DNA from: the human T2T-CHM13v2.0 reference genome, Homo sapiens
Reading direction: 5' to 3' (one strand)
Length of the DNA stretch: 64,000 nt
Assembly (NCBI RefSeq): GCF_009914755.1
Contig: NC_060947.1
Shown here: piece after piece, positions 10,901-22,900 of the stretch
Layout: each line of letters opens with the position of its first letter
Numbering within the stretch: the first letter of the stretch is position 1
Made by a program: the position numbers and the translations under genes
Notes under the pieces: model-generated
Database searches by the model: none
What the model was told of the DNA's origin: nothing
The model's input: the letters and a program-made list of their open reading frames with translations, nothing else

Positions 10901-13900
10901 TTGCAAACCTGAACTATCAAAGGAAGGTTCAACTCTGTGAGTTGAATACAAACATCACAAAGAATGTTCTGAGTTTGCTTCCGTTCAGTTATGGGAAGTT
11001 GATCCCGTTCCCAACGAAATCCTCAGAGAGGACCAAATATCCCCTTGCAGATTCTACAAAACGTGTGTTTGGAAACTGCTCCATCATAACGAATGTTCAG
11101 CTCTCTGAGTTAAACTCCATCGTCACAAAGAATTTTCTGAGAGTGCTACCGTCTGGTTTTTATATGAAGTTCTTCCCTTTACTACCACAGGCCTCAAAGC
11201 GGTCCAAATCTCCACTTGCAGATTCTACAAAAAGAGTGTTTGCAAACTGCTCTATCAAAAGGAATGTTCAACTCTGGGAGTTGAATGCAATCATCACAGA
11301 GCAGTTTCTGAGAATGCTTCTATGTCGTTTTTAGGAGAAGATATTTCCTTTTCCAACACAGTCCTCCAAGCCCGCTAAATATCCACTTGCACATTGTAAA
11401 AAAAGTGTGTCGAAGCTGCGCTATCAAAGGGAAAGTTCAACTCTGTGAGGTGAATGCAAACATCCCAAAGAAGTTTCTGAGAATGCTTCCGTTTAGCTTT
11501 TAGGTGAAGATTATCCCGTTTCCAACGAAATCTTCAAAGAGGTCCAAATATCCCCTTGCGGATCCCACAGAAAGAGTGTTTCGAAACTGCTGTTTCAAAA
11601 GGAATCTTCAACTCTGTGGGTTGAATGCAATCATCACAAAGAAGTTTCTGACAATGCTTCTCTCTCGTCTTTCTGTGAAGATAAAGGAAAAGGCTTTCAG
11701 GCCTTTTCCACCACAGGCCTGAAAGCGCTCCAAATGTCCACTTGCAGATTCTGCCAAAAGAATATTTCAAAACTGCTCTATGAAAAGCAATGTTAAACTC
11801 TGCGGCTCGAACACAAACATCACAAAGCAGTTTCTGAGAATGCTTCAGTTTAGTTTTTCTGTGGAAATATTCCCATTTCCAAAGAAATCTTCAAAGAGGT
11901 CCACGTATCCACTTACAGATTCTACAAAAAGACAGTTTCAAAACTGCTCAATCAAAAGGAGGGTTCAACCGTGTGACTTGAATGCAATCATCACTCAGAA
12001 GTTTCTGAGAATGCTTCTCTTTAGTTTTTACGTGAACATATACCCGTTTCGAACGAAGGCCACCCAGTGGTCCAAATATCCACTTGCAGATTCTACAGAA
12101 AGAGTGTTTCGAACCTGAACTCTCAAAGGCAGGTTCATCTCTGCGAGTTCAATGCATTCATCATGAAGAACTTTCTCAGAGTGTTTGTGTTTAGGTATGG
12201 GAAATTATTCCCGTTTCCAACGAAATCTTCAGAGAGGTCCAAATATCCACCTGCAGATTCTACCAAAAGTGTATTTGGAAACTGCTCCATCAAAAGGCAT
12301 GTTCAGCTCTGTGAGTGAAACTCCATCATCACAAAGAATATTCTGAGAATGCTTCCGTTTGCCTTTTATATGAAGTTCCTTCCTATACTACCGTAGGCCT
12401 CAAAGCAGTCCAAATCTCCATTTGCAGATTCTACAAAAAGAGTGATTCCAATCTGCTCTATCAATAGGATTGTTCAACTCCATGAGTTGAATGCCATCCT
12501 CACAAAGTAGTCTCTGAGAATGCTTCTATCTAGTTTTTATGTGAAGATATTTCCTTTTCCACCACAGGCCTCAAAGCCCTCCAAACGTCCACTTGCAGAT
12601 TCTCGAAAAAGAGTGTTTCATAGCCGCTCTTTCAAAAGGAAAGTTCAACTGTGGGAGTTGAATACAAACATCACAAAGTAGTTTCCGAGAATGCTTCTGT
12701 TTAGTTCTTATGTGAAGATGATCCCGTTTCCAGTGAAATCTTCAAAGAGGTCCACATATCCCCTTGCAGATTCCAAAGAAAGAGGGTTTCAAAACTGCTC
12801 CATCAAAAGGATTGTTCAACTCTGTGAGTTGAATGCAGTCATCGCAGAAAACTTTCTGAGAATGCTTCTGTCTACGTTTGAGGTGAAGATATAGACGTTT
12901 CAAACGAAGGCTACAAAGTGGTCAAAATATACACTTGCAGATTCTACTACAAGGGTGTTGCAAACCTGAACTATCAAAGGAAGGTTCAACTCTGTGAGTT
13001 GAATACAAACATCACAAAGAATGTTCTGAGTTTGCTTCCGTTCAGTTATGGGAAGTTGATCCCGTTTCCAACGAAATCCTCAGAGAGGACCAAATATCCC
13101 CTTGCAGATTCTACAAAACGTGTGTTTGGAAACTGCTCCATCATAACGAATGTTCAGCTCTCTGAGTTAAACTCCATCGTCACAAAGAATTTTCTGAGAG
13201 TGCTACCGTCTGGTTTTTATATGAAGTTCTTCCCTTTACTACCACAGGCCTCAAAGCGGTCCAAATCTCCACTTGCAGATTCTACAAAAAGAGTGTTTGC
13301 AAACTGCTCTATCAAAAGGAATGTTCAACTCTGGGAGTTGAATGCAATCATCACAGAGCAGTTTCTGAGAATGCTTCTATGTCGTTTTTAGGAGAAGATA
13401 TTTCCTTTTCCAACACAGTCCTCCAAGCCCGCTAAATATCCACTTGCACATTGTAGAAAAAGTGTGTCGAAGCTGCGCTATCAAAGGGAAAGTTCAACTC
13501 TGTGAGGTGAATGCAAACATCCCAAAGAAGTTTCTGAGAATGCTTCCGTTTAGCTTTTAGGTGAAGATTATCCCGTTTCCAACGAAATCTTCAAAGAGGT
13601 CCAAATATCCCCTTGCGGATCCCACAGAAAGAGTGTTTCGAAACTGCTGTTTCAGAAGGAATCTTCAACTCTGTGGGTTGAATGCAATCATCACAAAGAA
13701 GTTTCTGACAATGCTTCTCTCTCGTCTTTCTGTGAAGATAAAGGAAAAGGCTTTCAGGCCTTTTCCACCACAGGCCTGAAAGCGCTCCAAATGTCCACTT
13801 GCAGATTCTGCCAAAAGAATATTTCAAAACTGCTCTATGAAAAGCAATGTTAAACTCTGCGGCTCGAACACAAACATCACAAAGCAGTTTCTGAGAATGC

Positions 13901-16900
13901 TTCAGTTTAGTTTTTCTGTGGAAATATTCCCGTTTCCAAAGAAATCTTCAAAGAGGTCCACGTACCCGCTTACAGATTCTACAAAAAGACAGTTTCAAAA
14001 CTGCTCAATCAAAAGGAGGGTTCAACCGTGTGACTTGAATGCAATCATCACGCAGAAGTTTCTGAGAATGCTTCTCTTTAGTTTTTACGTGAACATATAC
14101 CCGTTTCGAATGAAGGCCACCCAGTGGTCCAAATATCCACTTGCAGATTCTACAGAAAGAGTGTTTCGAACCTGAACTCTCAAAGGCAGGTTCATCTCTG
14201 CGAGATCAATGCATTCATCATGAAGAACTTTCTCAGAGTGTTTGTGTTTAGGTATGGGAAATTATTCCCGTTTCCAACGAAATCCTCAGAGAGGTCCAAA
14301 TATCCACCTGCAGATTCTACCAAAAGTGTATTTGGAAACTGCTCCATCAAAAGGCATGTTCAACTCTGTGAGTCAAACTCCATCATCACAAAGAATATTC
14401 TGAGAATGCTTCCGTTTGCCTTTTATATGAAGTTCCTTCCTATACTACCGTAGGCCTCAAAGCAGTCCAAATCTCCATTTGCAGATTCTACCAAAAGAGT
14501 GATTCCAATCTGCTCTATCAATAGGATTGTTCAACTCCATGAGTTGAATGCCATCCTCACAAAGTCGTTTCTGAGAATGCTTCTATCTAGTTTTTATGTG
14601 AAGATATTTCCTTTTCCACCACAGGCCTCAAAGCCCTCCAAACGTCCACTTGCAGATTCTCGAAAAAGAGTGTTTCATAGCTGCTCTTTCAAAAGGAAAG
14701 TTCAACTCTGGGAGTTGAATACAAACATCACAAAGTAGTTTCCGAGAATGCTTCTGTTTAGTTCTTATGTGAAGATGATCCCGTTTCCAGTGAAATCTTC
14801 AAAGAGGTCCACATATCCCCTTGCAGATTCCAAAGAAAGAGGGTTTCAAAACTGCTCCATCAAAAGGATTGTTCAAATCTGTGAGTTGAATGCAGTCATC
14901 GCAGAAAACTTTCTGAGAATGCTTCTGTCTAGGTTTGAGGTGAAGATATAGACGTTTCAAACGAAGGCTACAAAGTGGTCAAAATATACACTTGCAGATT
15001 CTACTACAAGGGTGTTGCAAACCTGAACTATCAAAGGAAGGTTCAACTCTGTGAGTTGAATACAAACATCACAAAGAATGTTCTGAGTTTGCTTCCGTTC
15101 AGTTATGGGAAGTTGATCCCGTTTCCAACGAAATCCTCAGAGAGGTCCAAATATCCCCTTGCAGATTCTACAAAACGTGTGTTTGGAAACTGCTCCATCA
15201 TAACGAATGTTCAGCTCTCTGAGTTAAACTCCATCGTCACAAAGAATTTTCTGAGAGTGCTACCGTCTGGTTTTTATATGAAGTTCTTTCCTTTACTACC
15301 ACAGGCCTCAAAGCGGTCCAAATCTCCACTTGCAGATTCTACAAAAAGAGTGTTTGCAAACTGCTCTATCAAAAGGAATGTTCAACTCTGGGAGTTGAAT
15401 GCAATCATCACAGAGCAGTTTCTGAGAATGCTTCTATGTCGTTTTTAGGAGAAGATATTTCCTTTTCCAACACAGTCCTCCAAGCCCGCTAAATATCCAC
15501 TTGCACATTGTAGAAAAAGTGTGTCGAAGCTGCGCTATCAAAGGGAAAGTTCAACTCTGAGAGGTGAATGCAAACATCCCAAAGAAGTTTCTGAGAATGC
15601 TTCCGTTTAGCTTTTAGGTGAAGATTATCCCGTTTCCAACGAAATCTTCAAAGAGGTCCAAATATCCCCTTGCGGATCCCACAGAAAGAGTGTTTCGAAA
15701 CTGCTGTTTCAAAAGGAATCTTCAACTCTGTGAGTTGAATGCAATCATCACAAAGAAGTTTCTGACAATGCTTCTCTCTCGTCTTTCTGTGAAGATAAAG
15801 GAAAAGGCTTTCAGGCCTTTTCCACCACAGGCCTGAAAGCGCTCGAAATGTCCACTTGCAGATTCTGCCAAAAGAATACTTCAAAACTGCTCTATGAAAA
15901 GCAATGTTAAACTCTGTGGCTCGAACACAAACATCACAAAGCAGTTTCTGAGAATGCTTCAGTTTAGTTTTTCTGTGGAAATATTCCCGTTTCCAAAGAA
16001 ATCTTCAAAGAGGTCCACGTATCCACTTACAGATTCTACAAAAAGACAGTTTCAAAACTGCTCAATCAAAAGGAGGGTTCAACCGTGTGACTTGAATGCA
16101 ATCATCACTCAGAAGTTTCTGAGAATGCTTCTCTTTAGTTTTTACGTGAACATATACCCGTTTCGAACGAAGGCCACCCAGTGGTCCAAATATCCACTTG
16201 CAGATTCTACAGAAAGAGTGTTTCGAACCTGAACTCTCAAAGGCATGTTCATCTCTGCGAGTTCAATGCATTCATCATGAAGAACTTTCTCAGAGTGTTT
16301 GTGTTTAGGTATGGGAAATTATTCCCGTTTCCAACGAAATCCTCAGAGAGGTCCAAATATCCACCTGCAGATTCTACCAAAAGTGTATTTGGAAACTGCT
16401 CCATCAAAAGGCATGTTCAGCTCTGTGAGTGAAACTCCATCATCACAAAGAATATTCTGAGAATGCTTCCATTTGCCTTTTATATGAAGTTCCTTCCTAT
16501 ACTACCGTAGGCCTCAAAGCAGTCCAAATCTCCATTTGCAGATCCTACAAAAAGAGTGATTCCAATCTGCTCTGTCAATAGGATTGTTCAACTCCATGAG
16601 TTGAATGCCATCCTCACAAAGTAGTCTCTGAGAATGCTTCTATCTAGTTTTTATGTGAAGATATTTCCTTTTCCACCACAGCCTCAAAGCCCTCCAAACG
16701 TCCACTTGCAGATTCTCGAAAAAGAGTGTTTCATAGCTGCTCTTTCAAAAGGAAAGTTCAACTCTGGGTGTTGAATACAAACATCACAAAGTAGTTTCCG
16801 AGAATGCTTCTGTTTAGTTCTTATGTGAAGATGATCCCGTTTCCAGTGAAATCTTCAAAGAGGTCCACATATCCCCTTGCAGATTCCAAAGAAAGAGGGT

Positions 16901-19900
16901 TTCAAAACTGCTCCATCAAAAGGATTGTTCAACTCTGTGAGTTGAATGCAGTCATCGCAGAAAACTTTCTGAGAATGCTTCTGTCTAGGTTTGAGGTGAA
17001 GATATAGACGTTTCAAACGAAGGCTACAAAGTGGTCAAAATATACACTTGCAGATTCTACTACAAGGGTGTTGCAAACCTGAACTATCAAAGGAAGGTTC
17101 AACTCTGTGAGTTGAATACAAACATCACAAAGAATGTTCTGAGTTTGCTTCCGTTCAGTTATGGGAAGTTGATCCCGTTTCCAACGAAATCCTCAGAGAG
17201 GTCCAAATATCCCCTTGCAGATTCTACAAAACGTGTGTTTGGAAACTGCTCCATCATAACGAATGTTCAGCTCTCTGAGTTAAACTCCATCGTCACAAAG
17301 AATTTTCTGAGAGTGCTACCGTCTGGTTTTTATATGAAGTTCTTTCCTTTACTACCACAGGCCTCAAAGCGGTCCAAATCTCCACTTGCAGATTCTACAA
17401 AAAGAGTGTTTGCAAACTGCTCTATCAAAAGGAATGTTCAACTCTGGGAGTTGAATGCAATCATCACAGAGCAGTTTCTGAGAATGCTTCTATGTCGTTT
17501 TTAGGAGAAGATATTTCCTTTTCCAACACAGTCCTCCAAGCCCGCTAAATATCCACTTGCACATTGTAGAAAAAGTGTGTCGAAGCTGCGCTATCAAAGG
17601 GAAAGTTCAACTCTGTGAGGTGAATGCAAACATCCCAAAGAAGTTTCTGAGAATGCTTCCGTTTAGCTTTTAGGTGAAGATTATCCCGTTTCCAACGAAA
17701 TCTTCAAAGAGGTCCAAATATCCCCTTGCGGATCCCACAGAAAGAGTGTTTCGAAACTGCTGTTTCAAAAGGAATCTTCAACTCTGTGGGTTGAATGCAA
17801 TCATCACAAAGAAGTTTCTGACAATGCTTCTCTCTCGTCTTTCTGTGAAGATAAAGGAAAAGGCTTTCAGGCCTTTTCCACCACAGGCCTGAAAGCGCTC
17901 CAAATGTCCACTTGCAGATTCTGCCAAAAGAATATTTCAAAACTGCTCTATGAAAAGCAATGTTCAACTCTGCGGCTCGAACGCAAACATCACAAAGCAG
18001 TTTCTGAGAATGCTTCAGTTTAGTTTTTCTGTGGAAATATTCCCGTTTCGAAAGAAATCTTCAAAGAGGTCCACGTATCCACTTACAGATTCTACAAAAA
18101 GACAGTTTCAAAACTGCTCAATCAAAAGGAGGGTTCAACCGTGTGACTTGAATGCAATCATCACTCAGAAGTTTCTGAGAATGCTTCTCTTTAGTTTTTA
18201 CGTGAACATATACCCGTTTCGAACGAAGGCCACCCAGTGGTCCAAATATCCACTTGCAGATTCTACAGAAAGAGTGTTTCGAACCTGAACTCTCAAAGGC
18301 AGGTTCATCTCTGCGAGTTCAATGCATTCATCATGAAGAACTTTCTCAGAGTGTTTGTGTTTAGGTATGGGAAATTATTGCCGTTTCCAACGAAATCCTC
18401 AGAGAGGTCCAAATATCCACCTGCAGATTCTACCAAAAGTGTATTTGGAAACTGCTCCATCAAAAGGCATGTTCAGCTCTGTGAGTGAAACTCCATCATC
18501 ACAAAGAATATTCTGAGAATGCTTCCGTTTGCCTTTTATATGAAGTTCCTTCCTATACTACCGTAGGCCTCAAAGCAGTCCAAATCTCCATTTGCAGATC
18601 CTACAAAAAGAGTGATTCCAATCTGCTCTATCAATAGGATTGTTCAACTCCATGAGTTGAATGCCATCCTCACAAAGTAGTCTCTGAGAATGCTTCTATC
18701 TAGTTTTTATGTGAAGATATTTACTTTTCCACCACAGGCCTCAAAGCCCTCCAAACGTCCACTTGCAGATTCTCGAAAAAGAGTGTTTCATAGCTGCTCT
18801 TTCAAAAGGAAAGTTCAACTCTGGGAGGTGAATACAAACATCACAAAGTAGTTTCCGAGAATGCTTCTGTTTAGTTCTTATGTGAAGATGATCCCGTTTC
18901 CAGTGAAATCTTCAAAGAGGTCCACATATCCCCTTGCAGATTCCAAAGAAAGAGGGTTTCAAAACTGCTCCATCAAAAGGATTGTTCAACTCTGTGAGTT
19001 GAATGCAGTCATCGCAGAAAACTTTCTGAGAATGCTTCTGTCTAGGTTTGAGGTGAAGATATAGACGTTTCAAACGAAGGCTACAAAGTGGTCAAAATAT
19101 ACACTTGCAGATTCTACTACAAGGGTGTTGCAAACCTCAACTATCAAAGGAAGGTTCAACTCTGTGAGTTGAATACAAACATCACAAAGAATGTTCTGAG
19201 TTTGCTTCCGTTCAGTTATGGGAAGTTGATCCCGTTTCCAACGAAATCCTCAGAGAGGTCCAAATATCCCCTTGCAGATTCTACAAAACGTGTGTTTGGA
19301 AACTGCTCCATCATAACGAATGTTCAGCTCTCTGAGTTAAACTCCATCGTCACAAAGAATTTTCTGAGAGTGCTACCGTCTGGTTTTTATATGAAGTTCT
19401 TTCCTTTACTACCACAGGCCTCAAAGCGGTCCAAATCTCCACTTGCAGATTCTACAAAAAGAGTGTTTGCAAACTGCTCTATCAAAAGGAATGTTCAACT
19501 CTGGGAGTTGAATGCAATCATCACAGAGCAGTTTCTGAGAATGCTTCTATGTCGTTTTTAGGAGAAGATATTTCCTTTTCCAACACAGTCCTCCAAGCCC
19601 GCTAAATATCCACTTGCACATTGTAGAAAAAGTGTGTCGAAGCTGCGCTATCAAAGGGAAAGTTCAACTCTGTGAGGTGAATGCAAACATCCCAAAGAAG
19701 TTTCTGAGAATGCTTCCGTTTAGCTTTTAGGTGAAGATTATCCCGTTTCCAACGAAATCTTCAAAGAGGTCCAAATATCCCCTTGCGGATCCCACAGAAA
19801 GAGTGTTTCGAAACTGCTGTTTCAAAAGGAATCTTCAACTCTGTGAGTTGAATGCAATCATCACAAAGAAGTTTCTGACAATGCTTCTCTCTCGTCTTTC

Positions 19901-22900
19901 TGTGAAGATAAAGGAAAAGGCTTTCAGGCCTTTTCCACCACAGGCCTGAAAGCGCTCCAAATGTCCACTTGCAGATTCTGCCAAAAGAATACTTCAAAAC
20001 TGCTCTATGAAAAGCAATGTTAAACTCTGTGGCTCGAACACAAACATCACAAAGCAGTTTCTGAGAATGCTTCAGTTTAGTTTTTCTGTGGAAATATTCC
20101 CGTTTCCAAAGAAATCTTCAAAGAGGTCCACGTATCCACTTACAGATTCTACAAAAAGACAGTTTCAAAACTGCTCAATCAAAAGGAGGGTTCAACCGTG
20201 TGACCTCAATGCAATCATCACTCAGAAGTTTCTGAGAATGCTTCTCTTTAGTTTTTACGTGAACATATACCCGTTTCGAACGAAGGCCACCCAGTGGTCC
20301 AAATATCCACTTGCAGATTCTACAGAAAGAGTGTTTCGAACCTGAACTCTCAAAGGCATGTTCATCTCTGCGAGTTCAATGCATTCATCATGAAGAACTT
20401 TCTCAGAGTGTTTGTGTTTAGGTATGGGAAATTATTCCCGTTTCCAACGAAATCCTCAGAGAGGTCCAAATATCCACCTGCAGATTCTACCAAAAGTGTA
20501 TTTGGAAACTGCTCCATCAAAAGGCATGTTCAGCTCTGTGAGTGAAACTCCATCATCACAAAGAATATTCTGAGAATGCTTCCATTTGCCTTTTATATGA
20601 AGTTCCTTCCTATACTACCGTAGGCCTCAAAGCAGTCCAAATCTCCATTTGCAGATCCTACAAAAAGAGTGATTCCAATCTGCTCTATCAATAGGATTGT
20701 TCAACTCCATGAGTTGAATGCCATCCTCACAAAGTAGTCTCTGAGAATGCTTCTATCTAGTTTTTATGTGAAGATATTTCCTTTTCCACCACAGCCTCAA
20801 AGCCCTCCAAACGTCCACTTGCAGATTCTCGAAAAAGAGTGTTTCATAGCTGCTCTTTCAAAAGGAAAGTTCAACTCTGGGAGTTGAATACAAACATCAC
20901 AAAGTAGTTTCCGAGAATGCTTCTGTTTAGTTCTTATGTGAAGATGATCCCGTTTCCAGTGAAATCTTCAAAGAGGTCCACATATCCCCTTGCAGATTCC
21001 AAAGAAAGAGGGTTTCAAAACTGCTCCATCAAAAGGATTGTTCAACTCTGTGAGTTGAATGCAGTCATCGCAGAAAACTTTCTGAGAATGCTTCTGTCTA
21101 GGTTTGAGGTGAAGATATAGACGTTTCAAACGAAGGCTACAAAGTGGTCAAAATATACACTTGCAGATTCTACTACAAGGGTGTTGCAAACCTGAACTAT
21201 CAAAGGAAGGTTCAACTCTGTGAGTTGAATACAAACATCACAAAGAATGTTCTGAGTTTGCTTCCGTTCAGTTATGGGAAGTTGATCCCGTTTCCAACGA
21301 AATCCTCAGAGAGGTCCAAATATCCCCTTGCAGATTCTACAAAACGTGTGTTTGGAAACTGCTCCATCATAACGAATGTTCAGCTCTCTGAGTTAAACTC
21401 CATCGTCACAAAGAATTTTCTGAGAGTGCTACCGTCTGGTTTTTATATGAAGTTCTTTCCTTTACTACCACAGGCCTCAAAGCGGTCCAAATCTCCACTT
21501 GCAGATTCTACAAAAAGAGTGTTTGCAAACTGCTCTATCAAAAGGAATGTTCAACTCTGGGAGTTGAATGCAATCATCACAGAGCAGTTTCTGAGAATGC
21601 ATCTATGTCGTTTTTAGGAGAAGATATTTCCTTTTCCAACACAGTCCTCCAAGCCCGCTAAATATCCACTAGCACATTGTAGAAAAAGTGTGTCGAAGCT
21701 GCGCTATCAAAGGGAAAGTTCAACTCTGTGAGGTGAATGCAAACATCCCAAAGAAGTTTCTGAGAATGCTTCCGTTTAGCTTTTAGGTGAAGATTATCCC
21801 GTTTCCAACGAAATCTTCAAAGAGGTCCAAATATCCCCTTGCGGATCCCACAGAAAGAGTGTTTCGAAACTGCTGTTTCAAAAGGAATCTTCAACTCTGT
21901 GGGTTGAATGCAATCATCACAAAGAAGTTTCTGACAATGCTTCTCTCTCGTCTTTCTGTGAAGATAAAGGAAAAGGCTTTCAGGCCTTTTCCACCACAGG
22001 CCTGAAAGCGCTCCAAATGTCCACTTGCAGATTCTGCCAAAAGAATATTTCAAAACTGCTCTATGAAAACCAATGTTAAACTCTGCGGCTCGAACGCAAA
22101 CATCACAAAGCAGTTTCTGAGAATGCTTCAGTTTAGTTTTTCTGTGGAAATATTCCCGTTTCGAAAGAAATCTTCAAAGAGGTCCACGTATCCACTTACA
22201 GATTCTACAAAAAGACAGTTTCAAAACTGCTCAATCAAAAGGAGTGTTCAACCGTGTGACTTGAATGCAATCATCACTCAGAAGTTTCTGAGAATGCTTC
22301 TCTTTAGTTTTTACGTGAACATATACCCGTTTCGAACGAAGGCCACCCAGTGGTCCAAATATCCACTTGCAGATTCTACAGAAAGAGTGTTTCGAACCTG
22401 AACTCTCAAAGGCAGGTTCATCTCTGCGAGTTCAATGCATTCATCATGAAGAACTTTCTCAGAGTGTTTGTGTTTAGGTATGGGAAATTATTGCCGTTTC
22501 CAACGAAATCCTCAGAGAGGTCCAAATATCCACCTGCAGATTCTACCAAAAGTGTATTTGGAAACTGCTCCATCAAAAGGCATGTTCAGCTCTGTGAGTG
22601 AAACTCCATCATCACAAAGAATATTCTGAGAATGCTTCCGTTTGCCTTTTATATGAAGTTCCTTCCTATACTACCGTAGGCCTCAAAGCAGTCCAAATCT
22701 CCATTTGCAGATCCTACAAAAAGAGTGATTCCAATCTGCTCTATCAATAGGATTGTTCAACTCCATGAGTTGAATGCCATCCTCACAAAGTAGTCTCTGA
22801 GAATGCTTCTATCTAGTTTTTATGTGAAGATATTTCCTTTTCCACCACAGGCCTCAAAGCCCTCCAAACGTCCACTTGCAGATTCTCGAAAAAGAGTGTT

